Assembly (NCBI RefSeq): GCF_009914755.1
Contig: NC_060936.1
DNA length: 64,000 nucleotides
Source: the human T2T-CHM13v2.0 reference genome, Homo sapiens
Strand: one strand, 5' to 3'
This document shows, piece by piece, positions 44,721 through 62,596 of the stretch. The notes below the pieces were generated by a model. The model was not told where the DNA came from. It was given only the letters and a program-made list of their open reading frames with translations, and made no database searches. The stretch's first letter is position 1. Each line of letters starts with the position of its first letter. A program made the position numbers and the translations under genes.

Positions 44721-45099
44721 AATCCACTTGCAGCCTCCTGCCTAGAGAATCTATAGAGGCGGGTGAGAGTGTGTAGGTGCAGTCTTGCCGATTCCCCTGC
44801 CGAGTGTACTTCCCCTGTTTCTTCTTGCTTTCCTTTCCTGATTTCCCCACCCACCGCTTTTTCTTCTTTTTTTTTCCTTCCTCTTGTCCTATTACAAATT
44901 AAACTGTAGTTTACTGCGATTTGGAAATGCCCTAAAACCCCAGGCATTTCTATTATGCTGCTCAAAGTTAATTTGGCATAGAGATCTAGGTTTTTTTTTA
45001 AGCTCACCAGAATTTTACTTTACAGAAGCCTACTGAAGAGATGAAACTTGAGAACTTTAGTAGTCAACATGTGGGATACTTACATCCAATTTGTTTCCA

Positions 45100-47090
<1,991 letters not shown>

Positions 47091-47099
47091 GTCAGCAGT

Positions 47100-47405
47100 G
47101 GAGTGGTGTGCTTAAGGAGAGAGAGACTTGGAAAAATACAGACCGAGAACAAGGCCATGTGGAGATAGAGGCAGAGACTGAAGTTGTACCACCAAAGGCA
47201 AAGAATATCAAGTATTATCAGTAACCACAGGAAGCTGGAAGAGGCCAGGAAAGGTTTTTCTTAGAGACCTTGGAAGGAGCCTGACCCTGGAACACCTTGA
47301 ATTTTAGACTTCTGACCCTCAAAATTGTGAAAGAATAAATTTCTGTTGTTTTAAGCAATTCGGCTTGCAGTAATTTGTTACAGCAGCCCTAAGAAAAGTA
47401 ATACA
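47100..47405 (+). mobile_element. MLT1C/B-type LTR, 3' part
   Basis: ggccatgtggagatagaggcagagactg...gaagctggaagaggccagg...gtgaaagaataaatttctgttgttttaagc...gtaataca. Confidence 0.82.
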
Positions 47406-47904
47406 TATCGATAACATTTATTATTTCCATTTTGCTGACTCTTTCAAGTTCTGTGCTTATAAATTCATCATAGTGAAGTAAGCTTTAAATGATAAAACTT
47501 TGAAAGTATACTCAAATTCTGTTGCTATAGTTAGCACAATACAGAAAGGAATATAATTTTTAAAAATAAATTTTAATAATATAAATATAAATTATGACAT
47601 GTCTAAACTTTTATTTTGGAGATTTTATAATAAAAAGTTTATATTTATTAAAATTCATTTAAATTAATAACATAAAGCCCTTGGAATATGCTAAAAATCA
47701 AAGATAAGTTACATTTACTATAACGTAATAAACCATCATTCACTGAATCAGTGATTTAGCAGACATTAATTCAATGTCTGCTATGCACTAGGCACTGTAC
47801 TAGATCTAAGAGCTAAAGCTCCTTCTGGCACTTATAGACCAAGTAAAAGTTAGCAAGGAGATACATTATTGGGTAAAGATTATACTGACTGAGTCATCGA
47901 GCTC

Positions 47905-48345
47905 TGTTTTTTAAATAGTTTCAACTTTTAGATCTCTGACGTACATGTGCAGGTTTGTTAAATAGATAGATTGTATAATGTTGAGGTTTGGGATGCAAAT
48001 TATCCTGTCACCCAGATAGTGAGCACAGTTCCCCAAAGTTTGCCTCCATCCTTCCCATCCCCCTCTATCAGTCCCCAGTGTCTGTTGTTGCCATCTTTAT
48101 GTCCATGAGCACCCAAAGTTTAGTTCTCACATATAAGTAAGAATGTGCAGTATTTGGTTTTCTGTTCCTGAATTAATTTTCTTAGAATAATGGCCTCCAG
48201 CTGCATCTGTGTTACAAAGAACATGATTTTGTTCGTTTTTATGGCTGTCTAGTATTTTGATGGTGCATATGTACTACATTTTCCTTATCCAATCCACTGT
48301 TGATGGGCACCTACATTAATGCCATATCTTGGTTATTGTGAATCA
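47905..48345 (-). mobile_element. Older L1PA/L1PB 3' end
   Basis: gtacatgtgcaggtttgtt...gtccccagtgtctgttgttgccatctttatgtccatg...tggcctccagctgcatc. Confidence 0.85.
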
Positions 48346-49696
48346 CGGAGTTCTTTTCATTTCTGAGATTTTATTATTTCACAAGATTAGAGAAGACTTC
48401 AATTTGTAAATTCAATGATTATTAACCATTATTTTCAGAAGGACTTATTTACAAAATAGCTTGGTTAAGGAGAGGCTAATGAGAAAAACACATGAAGAGA
48501 AAGACCAAACAAACAAGAAAACAAAAACAAACAAAAAAAAAAACACTGTTGAGTCTCCAATGAGAGCAACAAAACAGAAAGAAGGGAACATACTTTTTGA
48601 AGAATGTCCCTGAAACAGTGTATGCTTATAATATAAGGATAAAATATATTTACCTTGCCTGGCAAGTGATGTATCAGCTCACACATAATCCAAAACAAAT
48701 TGGACTGAGCATTTCTTCAGGGTATAGCTTCATCATGGAACATTTGCGCTATTGGCTCCAACAACTATCCTAGCCAAAGATAAGTCAGAAATACAAGCAT
48801 TGCCCTATGCTCACCTTTAAAATACCCTCAGGAATTGAAGAAAATACATAGTTCTCTAACCTCTGTGGATAGCTTTATAATTACTTTAGCTAGTTGACCT
48901 GCTCTATGAAGACACAGCTTAAAATAAAATAAACTTATATCACAGCAAAAATGGGCTAGTTGTTTAATTTTAGGGAGTGACAGATGAGGGAAGACATTGT
49001 GATGAGTGGCCAAAACATGTTTTCTGAGTACCTGCCTTCTCTCTGGATCAAATAACCACCTGGTTTTAAACCATACAAAGTGGATCAAGTATGTAAACAA
49101 TTCAATCATTTCAAACATTCAAATTGTTAATATCACTAATGCTGTTTGCTTAAAGTTACCTTCGTGACCAAGTAAGATCAGTGTCTCACCAACCTCATAA
49201 ATTACCACCTTGCTAATAGCTAAGACAGTCGGAAGACTATCACTTTTAAAATCAACTTTAAAATACTACAAATAATAACAGAGTTAAGATCTGTCATGAA
49301 TAAGTGTCTAGGGACAGTAAATCCAATATTTTAATCAAGTAACACTTTTCTAAGGGACCATGTATGATTATTTAGGTAAACCTAGTCTCAAGTAAATGTT
49401 TCCAAAGTAAATTTTACACTTAAGAGAGCACATAGAATGCAAAATCTTTTCAATTTCAGAATTTCACACTTCATATTTAAGCATATAATTTATTTCACAT
49501 GATGTTTTGAAGGTCTTGGGTTGGTTTGGATATTTGTTTTCCATTATCACAGAGTCAACTGGCTCCACCCACTGGCTATTCAGTAAAGGGAGGCCATAAA
49601 CTTGCAAGAGTTAAGAGAGAGTGTAGATCAGGAAGGTGACCAAACGGAGGTTAGTTATTTTACTATAACTGAATCTTCTATTATTTTTAATGATAA

Positions 49697-50222
49697 TACT
49701 TCAGCTATCTATTGTTGCATAACTAGCCCTCCAGCATTTAGTCATGCAAAACAACATGATTTTACTCTTTTTCATGATTCTTTGGGTCAGAAATTAGGGC
49801 ACGGCTTGGCCAGGCAGTTCTGCTCCATGTAGCATCAGTTTGGGTCATACATATGGCTGCATTCAGCTAGAGGCTGGCCAGACTGGAAAATCCAACAAGG
49901 CTTCATTCCCATGTCTGGCAGCTCAGTGCCTTTCCCCCAAGTAGCTGCTCTGTGGTTTCTCCTCCTTCTCGAGTCTCTCCTGAGCTTCTCCACAACACAG
50001 TGGCTGGCTTTCCCAGAGCCAAAGTGGAAGCTGCCAGGTCTCCGAAAGCCTCGGCCCAGAATTGGCACAGTGTCACTGATTTCTAATTGTCAAAGCAAGT
50101 CTCAAGGCCACTGTAAGGAGTTGGAGGGAGCGGGGTGGCTGACTTGACTTACAGGGTAGAGCAGCATGCACGTATTATGAGGGAAGGAATTGATGGCAGG
50201 CATCCTTGGGGACTACCTACTT
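49697..50222 (-). mobile_element. MLT1G/H-type MaLR LTR
   Basis: cagctatctattgttgcataac...catgattctttgggtcagaaatt...ggctgcattcagct...gaattggcacagtgtcact. Confidence 0.7.
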
Positions 50223-51006
50223 AAAATAGTCAATAGAGGCTAAAATAGCATGTATCCCCCACTTTAAAAAAAAAAAAGACATTCATATTTTTTTTTCACT
50301 AGTTTAGACTTTTTCTAATTGAAAAGAACAAATACACTTAAGGAACCAGAAATCTCGTAGCATACATTGTAATGAGTAGGCTCAGAGTAGTGAGCAAGTA
50401 TTTGTCTTTAAGAATTGCTGTTATGCCAACTATAGGCTGAACAGTGGGGGTGGAGGAAGAAATATAGAAGACATGAAGGATATCTTCCCTCCTTCCAAGC
50501 ATCTTAGAGTTTAGTGTGAGACCCAGCTTCAATTCATTGCACCAATAAAGAATATGAAAGAGCAAGAGGTAAGCAATGATTTGTCATGAGATAATGTGAT
50601 ATAGACTAATGTAATTGATGCTCAAGGGAAGGCATATTAATGAGAAAGACAAGCTATTAAAACTTTCCTGGAAAAATGGGACTTGACACTTTCCAACAGG
50701 TAAAAAAAGACAACTGACCAATATAGAAAAGGGTTACAATATAAGTAAATATAGAAGTAAAATTAAGTACTACATATGTTTGCACAGTAGAAAGACAACC
50801 AAACTCACCAAAGAAGTGTGCAAATTTGGATAGACAGCACAAAGTTATCTTAAAAGATCTTGTAATTAAAGTGAGGATATGTAAAACTTTCAGCAATCTA
50901 AAATTATACAATTCTGAACTGTAGTAGAGTAGCCATGAGTCACAAGTGGCTATTTAAATTAATTGCTATTTAATAAAATTTAAAATGCAGTTCTTCAGTT
51001 GCACAA

Positions 51007-51469
<463 letters not shown>

Positions 51470-54211
51470 TACTCTCTAAAGTTCTATTGGATTGTGCTGA
51501 CAACCTATTCTACTTCCTAAATATTTCTTAAATCTCCTCAACTTTCACATTCTCTCATCCACTCCATTAATGGTAGACATTAGTTTAGTCTATGGTCATC
51601 TTTCACCCCGGTGAATGCAGCACTCTCCTACCTTGTCTCCCTGTTTCCAGTCCCCTCCTCCAATCTTCTCTTCATTCCATGGCTAGAATGCACTTTATAA
51701 AACATTAATCTGATCTTGACAAAATCCTTCCTAAATTGTTCATACCACTCTCCTTGTCTGTAATACTCCTCTCTGCCTTCCTCTTTCGCTAACACTTACA
51801 TATTTGGCTCCAAATCAGATGTCACTACCTCAACAAAGTCTTTTCAGGTACTTCTGAGTCTCAGTATTCTTACCTGTTAAATGATACCATTATGTGTGAT
51901 ATACAGTTAGTGAAAATTAGAGAAAATGTATGTAATTCATTTAGCACTTAACACTTAAAATGAGAGTAGTGATGCTGATTATAGTGATGACCATAATTTG
52001 GTGGTGATGGTTTAAACCCTCTGGCTCTATTTTCTTACGTAAGCTTCCCAGAGGAGCATTCCAAGTGTCACCTATCTCCCAAGTAATAATTTAAAATTAC
52101 TTATGTAGCTTATATGACTAAGAGGCATCTACATTCACTACAGTTCAGCCACACAGCCTTCCTTGAACTATTCTAACTTACTTTGCCCCTCTCCTTCTCA
52201 AAGCTTTTAAACTGTACTTCTTTTTAATTCTGTCTTACTTGGCCAACTCCTATTCAGTCCTCATGGCCTACCTAAAATGTCATTTCCTCATGGAAGTGTT
52301 CAATAAATACTCTCATTTGCATTGCTTTTTAAACAATGAATCTAGCAGGACAACTTAATGCATAGAGAAGAGACATATATGAAATCTGAGGATTCCTTTA
52401 TCTAATAAAGAAAATAGCAGTATGTTTCTTCTAGAGTTGTAGACATTTATTTGAATATAATTACTCAATGATACCCAGCTAACATTGAGAGACTTCCTAG
52501 AATAAAGCCTTTACTCCTTGAAATCCAGATGTCTTTGAAAGGGGCCTGTCCATAAGAATTTTACAGGGATATTTTTTCATGATTATTAAGTACAGAACAA
52601 GACTTATTTTTTATAAATATTTTCAACCTCTAAATTTATCAAAAATGTCTTCTAAGTAGCTTTTCACTAAATTTGCTAATTCAGAGAGTTTGATTTTTCA
52701 AGACTGCTGAAAGAAATCCATTTGCAGGAATGAATCAGAAAGGGCAGGCCTAAAGAATTCTGAAACTTTTCAAAAGAATACAAGAAAAAATACATTCTTA
52801 TAAAAGGAGTATGAAGTCGAAAATATTTTGCGTCTACAGACACCTTCCTAAATGCCCAAAATAAGCAATAACTTTTAACTATCATAGTTAGAATAAGCAT
52901 TGTTTGACAATTTGCTTAATACCTATTTCTCCTGCTAGTCATTGAGCCTCAAGGGCATAGGGGTCCATCTGTCTCACTCATTGATTGTCCCTTGCACTCA
53001 GTGTACACCGATGTGAGTGAGGTGCTATGTGGCCAAGGACTGTTAAAAGTATCTAAATTCACTTTGATATGTTTAGTTCAGCAACAGCTGAGCACTTGGA
53101 TGGACTGTCCAACAGGCATTTGGGACTGGTGAGAGGACAAGATTGTTGATATTGGAATCAATAGCTTAGAATTAGCAGTTGATGCCAAGCATTTTGGTGA
53201 GTACTCCAGGAAAGAAAGGAAAAGAAGAAAAATAATGCATATCTGGCCTTGGGAGAGAAGGACAAAGAAAGGTCCTACCAAGGAAACAAGTTGGGAAGAA
53301 GCACGTGGACAAACAGGAAAAGAAAAACAAACAAAAAACAGCATCAAGACACTAAATAAAAAGAAGAAGCTATTAAGGGGAAAGATGTCAATGGGATCAT
53401 TGTGGTAGAAGCTGCAAAGGCCACATTTCTGCCTTGTTTTTGTTGTCCCTGTGGGTTGCCTCACTCTTTTTCTTGGGCAGTTACCAATGTTACAGAATCC
53501 TCTAAAGATTTTCTGTAATCATCCAAGGACTGTCTTTCAGATTCTTCTACCAAAATGTCCTAGAAGCCCAACTGTAGCTCCTGCTGTGCTGTCTTGAGAA
53601 TAAAGCCCACCCTGCTTCACATGCTATTAATCCAGAAAATAGCTCTTAAGTAAGCAACTGCATGGCTGAGGACCTCATATAGGAACAATCCCCTCTGGCC
53701 TACTATAGCCAGATGTATGAGGAACTAATGCCTCATTTCCAAACCTGATTTAGATCGCTGCTAGAGCAGGGCAGATAAGCATTAATTAGTATGTGGTCAG
53801 AGTCTGCTCTGGTTTCTTTCCTGCGTGGATAATTAGAATGTGCAACCATGCAAAAAAGTAAAAATTTTGCTGGAAACTAGGGAAATAGAGACAGAGAGGA
53901 AAAAAAGAATATAAATCTTGGGTGTTTAGTAACTTGTTATAATTGACATTCTTATGAGCTAACCTAGGCTTTTTGGTATATTTGAAAATAATTATTTTAA
54001 TTAGAAAATGTTAAAATACTACAGGACCTTTCTCTAACTGTCCAAGAGATTCAGGCAAAACTTGTAATTCACAAAACTGTTTTTCATAGTTAAGTTAATT
54101 GCTGTTAAATTTACCATAATTTTGTGATAACAGATGCAATATTCTTTATTGAAAGTTCAAATAATTAAATTGTTATTTCACAAGTGAGTCCCTTAGAATG
54201 TTGTAAAGTTT

Positions 54212-54404
54212 GGCTGGGTGCAAAGGCTCACACCTGTAATCCCAGCACTTTGGGAGGCCGAGGCAGGTAGATCACTTGAGGTCAGGAGTTCGAGACCAGC
54301 CTGGCCAACATGATGAAACACCATCTCTACTAAAAATACAAAAATTAGCTGAGCACGGTAGTGGGAGCCTGTAAGTCTCGCTACTTGGGAGGTTGAGGCA
54401 GAAA
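54212..54404 (+). mobile_element. 3'-truncated Alu fused to L1 sequence
   Basis: The Alu consensus stops at ...gggaggttgaggcagaa and L1 ORF2-like sequence follows directly. There is no tail and no TSD. Confidence 0.88.
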
Positions 54405-55563
<1,159 letters not shown>

Positions 55564-56343
55564 TGACCCTGTCACTCAATTAAGGGACGACAGCTTTTAT
55601 TCTCAAATCTTCGTTATGATACATACAGTTAGCTAAAACTCTTAATTCTTTAAATATTTAATAAATATTTATTAGATCTCTGGGAAAATATTCAAGCAAT
55701 TCAGTTGTACTAACTATTGCTTGTTTTCTACTCCAGCAGTGATCCTTTCCATCCCACTGGCCACAAACAGACCCTAAAAGCATCTTACTTGCAGATGTGT
55801 TTTCTCTCACTTTCCTTCCCACCATTCCTTTCTTTCTGCCTCCTTCTGTTTTCTTTTCATAAACTATGAAATATCACACTATGCCACAGATTTGTAGTGG
55901 CCTCTGGGATACTACATTTTTGGTACAGTAGCTCTCCATATGGCAGAGAAAAAAAGACTGATTTCTATGCATTCCGTCTGGTGTTCACAGGATCTCAATG
56001 TATCTCTATTAGGAGCTTTTAAAATCAGTACAAGAAAACTCATGCTTATCCCAGCATGAATCAACATGTCAAAGAATGTCGACAAACATAAAAAAGAAAA
56101 ATTAATATTTAAAAGGTCTATTCATTAATTCCATGTATATTTTAGAATGGCTTACCTTTAAGAGGCCACTAAAACCATTTTCCACTAAATCTTAGGTTTT
56201 GATGATGGTGGTCGTGGTGGTGGTTGTTATGCTTGTTTTAAGAAGCATTTCTAGCGTGACTCATTGTATTAGCTGGGCAGTTAATTGTTCTGATTGCCAA
56301 GATTGACAACTACATTGGATTTTAAAATTTTTAAAAATTTGGT

Positions 56344-56586
56344 GGCTGGGTGCGGTGCCTCACGCCTGTAATCCCAGCACTTTACAAGGCTGAGGAGGGC
56401 AATCACTTGAGGTCAGGAGTTTGAGACCAGCCTGGCCAACGTGGTGAAACACCATCTCTATTAAAAATACAACAATTACCTTGGCATGGTGGCACATGCC
56501 TCTAGGTTGCAGTGAGCCAAAATCATTCCAGTGCACTCTAGCCTGGGTGATGGAGTGAGACTCTGTCTTTAAAAAAAAAAAAAAAA
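56344..56586 (+). mobile_element. Alu with internal deletion in right arm
   Basis: ...ggcacatgcct|ctaggttgcagtgagcc, with roughly 60 bp of consensus missing. Confidence 0.9.
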
Positions 56587-57984
56587 GGTATCTTTTCTTT
56601 CTTGATAATGTACTATAACATTCAAAGAATCACAGGTTGGAAGGATGCAATATTCTTATTCTTTACAAGAGACTTTTTCCTGCCACTTTGTTTTTATAAT
56701 GACTGTAGCCAAAAATAGTAGGATATTATGTAACTTCAATGTATAGAATGCTAAATACATCTTCAGTACAAATCTTTTTTCATAAACCTGCTTTTTTTTC
56801 ACACAAATGGTAGCTCCATGACTGCAGCATTTGCAAGTGAACGATAAAGTTCCAAATGGTGGTTTAACAACAGTATAACAGGTCCACATAAATAGATTTG
56901 GTTAAGGAAGCAAAAAGTTGTATGTAGTCCAATACACATAGTCAAACCATTGGGGAAAAAATTAAACAACATTAAAAACTTCAAATAAGCTCTTTTTTTT
57001 GTTTCTGGTTGCAACCGATGTTTACCCGGCCCTCCACAATTGTAAACACAAAACATGTTTTCACCCAAAACAAAATGACCCACAAAAAATAATTAAGTCG
57101 GCTTCCAAGAGACCATGGCCATCCGTCAGCTGAGAGTGAGCCAAGACACGTGACTGCTGAGGCCAGGGCCTGGCACACAGTGACTCATGGTGAATATGTA
57201 TTGAATGGATTAAAAATGGGAGGGTTTTTTTTAATGTGGAGGAAAATTGGCAGAGTTAACTGGGAAGCAGTATGATTTTTCAATCCAGAGAGTTTTTAAA
57301 ATCTAGAATTCTAATAATAAAGATGTTTTGTTTCCTTTTACATATATATTATAGGCTATGAATGACATGTAAAAATGTATACATTAAGCATTTCAGAAAC
57401 TTGAATGAAACTCTCTGTATCAGATCACTCGTGAGACAGTGAGAGCCAAAGCTGACGTATATTAAATAAAGTCAATAACTACTTCTCATCAAAACCTTGT
57501 GAAGTAAGTATTATTTAAAATAGGTATTATTTATTCCCATCCCAAACAAGAAAATTTAGACTTAGGGAAGCTCCATGACTTAAAGGTCACATATCTATAG
57601 CAAGTGGCAAATGGCTCTAATCAAATAACTCCAAAGGTTGAATTCTTCAAACTATAGCACTTATCTTCCATTCCCTCATAGCCAATCTGTTCCTCCTCTG
57701 TATGTCCATACCATTTACAATTGCTCACAATCATTTAGCTCTGCTGACACAGCCTGTAATTGTGTATCATTTTATCTATTTACTATTTTATTAATTTCTG
57801 TTCTTTTCATTTTGCTCTTTTCTTATGTGTCTTTTGTCTTTACTCTGTTTTCATTTTTTCCAACTTGCTAAGTTTAATGCTTAGTTTTTCACAATCTTTT
57901 TCATATTATAATACAAGAACTTAAAGCCATGAATTTCCCTATAGTACTGCTTTAGCTGCATTCCACAAGTTTTGATATAGAGTA

Positions 57985-58304
57985 CAGTTGCCTCTCAGTA
58001 TCCATGGGAGCTTGGTTCCAGGACCCATATGGACACCAACATGCTCAAGTCTCTGATATAATATGCATGGTATTTGCATATAATCTCTGCACATCCTCCC
58101 ATATATTTTAAAGCATCTCTAGATTATTTATATTAGTATAATAATACAGTGTAAATGTTATGTAAATGGTTACTATGCTGTGTTTTTTAGGGAATAATGA
58201 CAAGGAAAAAGTCTGTACATAAATGAAATGCTTTTAAAAATATTCTTGATCTGTGATTGGTTGAATCCATGGATGTGAAACTCACAGGTACAGAGGACTG
58301 ACTG
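57985..58304. mobile_element. MER2 (TcMar-Tigger)
   Basis: TA|cagttgcctctcagtatccatggg...ttggttccaggaccc...ggttgaatccatggatgtgaaac..tacagaggactgactg|TA. Confidence 0.88.
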
Positions 58305-58846
58305 TACTTTGACTGCTGCTTTATAATATTTTACAAATTTCATTTTAACCAATTGATTGTATGGAGTATATCTTTTTTCTCAAAAGAGTATCTTATCATC
58401 TTTTTATTATTGATTAATAATCCAATTACAATGTTATCTGATAAAATGGATTATATAATAACAGTTTTGAGTGTATGAAGACTTCTTTTATTATCTTATA
58501 CATGTTTAGTTCCAGTAATTATCCGTAAATCTTCAAACATCAGCATAAGAGGTCTTGACAGGCCACTTAGTGTTTATCTCCATCTCAGACTGTGAAAGAT
58601 AGATAAATAGGTAAGTCCTCGCCAAGGATTGTTTTTATAATTTCATTGAAAATTCTCTAATAATATATCTGCTTTGGTGAAAAGGGAGATTCAATAAATA
58701 GGGAAAACAACAGCATCAAAGCAAACGTTTATGTTTGTGCAGTGAGTAGATTTCAGTTCAATATGTAACTAACATCATAGCTTCATAAATTAAATCTATG
58801 GGCATTTAGAGTTATGCTACAATAGAAATACCTCCTTTTGGAAGAG

Positions 58847-58891
58847 TAGATAGAAGACAGATAGAAGATGGATAGATAGATGATAGATAGG

Positions 58892-58935
<44 letters not shown>
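58847..58935. repeat. (TAGA)n tetranucleotide STR with a pure run of 11 units
   Basis: Seen directly; the pure run spans 58892-58935. Confidence 0.97.
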
Positions 58936-60102
58936 CTCTCAACAGGTTTTGCTTTGTAAAAATATATCCACACTCCAGGCTCCTGACTCATGCATGTAAC
59001 ATACTGAGAATATTCGCAGCTCAAACTATCTGACCAGCAGGTGGCACATGCCTACCTGCTAGGGAGTACAAATAACCAGTAACTGACTTTCTTACAATAA
59101 GCTGTTGTGAACAGCTGTGACTGCTCAGATTCAAATTTTTGTATTACTTTTGTTTTAACTAAAGATTTCTTTGCCCTTTCTTCTGCTTAGAGTACTACTT
59201 CAATCAAATAGAAGAAGGATCCTGTTTTAAAAAGAATTAATGGCATTTATTCTTTAATGTATTATGCTTCATCAAACTCTATTCCTAAGATACTCAATGG
59301 AATAAGATTATTATTTATAATAAGTTAAGCTTATATTCTTAAATAAAAAATTAAATCAATACTATAATAATATAAATTTAATCGTAATTGGCTGAAAAAT
59401 TTATTGGATTTCCTTTGGAGATTAGAGATGTTTAACATGATAACCAAGGATCCTAAAAAAGGATTAATAAAGGGGCTTCAAAGGTCCCATGAATCCCGCA
59501 AAATTATGTGCAAAATGTTGTTCGTGGGAGAGTTTTTTCTGATAAGAGGTGTAGTTTTTATTATTAAATTTTTCAGAACAAAAAATAAGTTAAAAACACA
59601 AAAAAAGACAGTGGTAGACATATTTCTTTAAATTACTATAAATTATAATATAAAGAAACATACAGAATTTGGAAATTTTCTATTCTTTTCTCTTGCACGT
59701 GTGTAGTGCCCCTCTAAAATGTTATTTTTTTCTTTTAAATGAATGTATGTTATAATCAAGTTAATTTCAAGAAGCATGAAGTATTTATCATTTTCCAAAT
59801 GGGTAATTCTCTTTGATCCTTTTTGTAACAAATATACAGTAGTTTAATTCTTTTAACTTGTATTAAACTTAGTCATCTCAAAATTTCCAGGTACACAGCA
59901 TTTAGTTAAAGGTCTTTTCCAGTTTTATTTAAGTAGTCTTTTTGCTTTTTTCTCTCTCACACTGAGTCAAAAACTTGATTAAAAATAAGATTTTATAAAC
60001 CACTTGAGATTTTTTTTTTTCAATGAGAGAATCCCCTCCCCACCCCCGCCCAACATGAAATCCCAGAAGATAGCATATAAGAAAACTTCTATTGAAGGTA
60101 AG

Positions 60103-60230
60103 AAAAGACTAATCTAGTATTTGGGGAAGTTATACATATATATACATATATGTATATATATAGAGATACACATATATATATATATATATATATATATGTA
60201 TAACTTCCCCAAATACTAGATTAGTCTTTT
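60103..60230. repeat. Perfect 42-bp inverted repeat around a (TA)n-rich spacer
   Basis: 60103-60144 (aaaagactaatctagtatttggggaagttatacatatatata) is the exact reverse complement of 60189-60230. Confidence 0.97.
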
Positions 60231-61424
60231 ACATTTTTATAAAATATAATATTATATATATCTCTCTATATATACACATATATATGTGTATATATATACA
60301 TTTATATATACATACATACACACACACATGTTATTGGAGAAAGGTTTTTTGTGGTTTAATCTAGATATGGGGAGGAAATTGCAAGGCTCATATCCAAAGG
60401 AAGAATGTAATCAGAGAAGAATGAAGAAATCTTTGTTGTCAAGAAAATTGACAAAACTCTCCCTGACCCTCTCCCTTCTCTCAGAGGAAGGCTTTAAATC
60501 AACAGGTCTTAGTCAAGTTAATTAATTGCAAGCAACCAAAGCTGATTCTGGTTTATTTAAGCAGAAAATTGATTAAATTAATTACATATTGGGTTGCTCC
60601 CAGAATCATTGGGAGTTCAAGAGAACCAGTCTCAGAGTCAATGAAGTTGAGACAGTGAAGTCAAAATGCCTCAAAATCACACCTCAGGACTGGTCTAATG
60701 AGTACACCAATGAATATTAGATGTTGCCCTTACATTGTTGCTATTACCAGAGAAACTACTCAATACTGACCCTAGAACACTTCCATTATTGTACTTGGAA
60801 AATTGACTCCCATGTAGCACCACAGACCAGACTGCCATTTTTGCTACGCGTTGTCATCATTTTCACCACCTCAACTGTCATTTCTTCACCATTGCCACCA
60901 CTGCCTACACCAATTACATCACTGCCATCACTAGCGAAGACAAACTACTCTAGTCTATTTATCTTGGGACATTCGGGTAAGAGCAGGTGTCTATTCCTCA
61001 GATTCAAGGAAAGCTGGAAAATTGAAAATAAAGAATTTATTAGCATTTATATTGAGAAATGGGGTGTGTCTCCCACCAAAATTTACAAAGTAAGAATAAT
61101 CCAATGTAGAAAAGAATTATAGCACTTGGCATACAAAAAATATCTAGTTCTTTTCCTATTAACACTTCCTAATATATATTTGGATGTATAAAACTACCTG
61201 TGTGATCACATGTGGCACATTATAACTATGCCTTGCACATCAAATATACACTCATTTCTTCCACAAAGACTTACCAGTTACCACATTCAGTTTCAAGATC
61301 TCTGGGGAATGGCTATTCCTTTTTTATTCCAACATAATTCTGTATTGATAATCTTTAAAGTATGAACTAACATTAAATAATGTGAAAGGGAAGAAAAGAG
61401 AGTAATTATCAGAGAGATAATTAT

Positions 61425-61428
<4 letters not shown>

Positions 61429-61455
<27 letters not shown>
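61429..61455. repeat. (GT)n microsatellite
   Basis: Seen directly in the sequence. Confidence 0.96.
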
Positions 61456-62277
61456 CATATGACTGCAAGAAAAAAATGCAAGTATTCTCTACTTTGTATC
61501 TATAACTGGTTATAAGGCTATAGTTGGTATTGATAATCTCCGTATCTCATTAATTATCTCATTTACTTGTTTCTTTTTTTTTCCTTTAGCTAACATCTAA
61601 TCTGGTCTGAGTTTATTGCCTAAGTTTATGGCCTACAACTTCATTTCTTAGAAACCAACTCCTGGAAGTCCTGCCTCTATGATACCGCTTTTTATTCTGC
61701 TTAATAAACACGGATGTACCGGAGATCTCCTGGGCTCTATTCATACTCTTTTCCATTCCTGCTTATAGTAGCAAACCTGTTTCCTGTTGAGAGTCAGGCT
61801 GTCACCCAAGCCCACACCACAATCCTGAGAATATTTTTGTCTTTCATTAAATGCCATTTGGAGTCTAGAATTGTCTGGCAGCAAGCTCAGATTCCAATTC
61901 AATGGAACTCTTATAGGATCTCTAGTCAAAGCGTTCCTCCATGGATTCTCAAACATGTGGACAAGAAGATCCCAGAGTTGTATAAAAGCAAATACTGTGA
62001 CTATGAAAGAGAATGCACCATTTAATGAGTTCAGAGGATATTAGGCATCTTACAGGAGAACACCTCACCCTCACAAGAATTTGTCTCCAGGCTTGCAGTG
62101 TAATTGAGTCTTCTACTGTTTTATACGACAACAGCCTCTCAACATTGCAAGCCTACAACATTGAGATTGCAGTAAACCTAATCTTGTGCAAATCAGCCTA
62201 TTGCACCACAAACATGTATCTACTGAATACCAGCTGACTGAAAGGTCTCAAAATGCCAGCTAAGAATTATCTGTCCA

Positions 62278-62596
<319 letters not shown>

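Noticed and set aside
42566-45007. Many overlapping 65-146-aa ORFs in the CpG island
   Set aside because: Stop codons are scarce in GC-rich DNA. The true CPNE8 frame (43299-43202) is a different, spliced one, and none of these ORFs resembles a protein I recognise.
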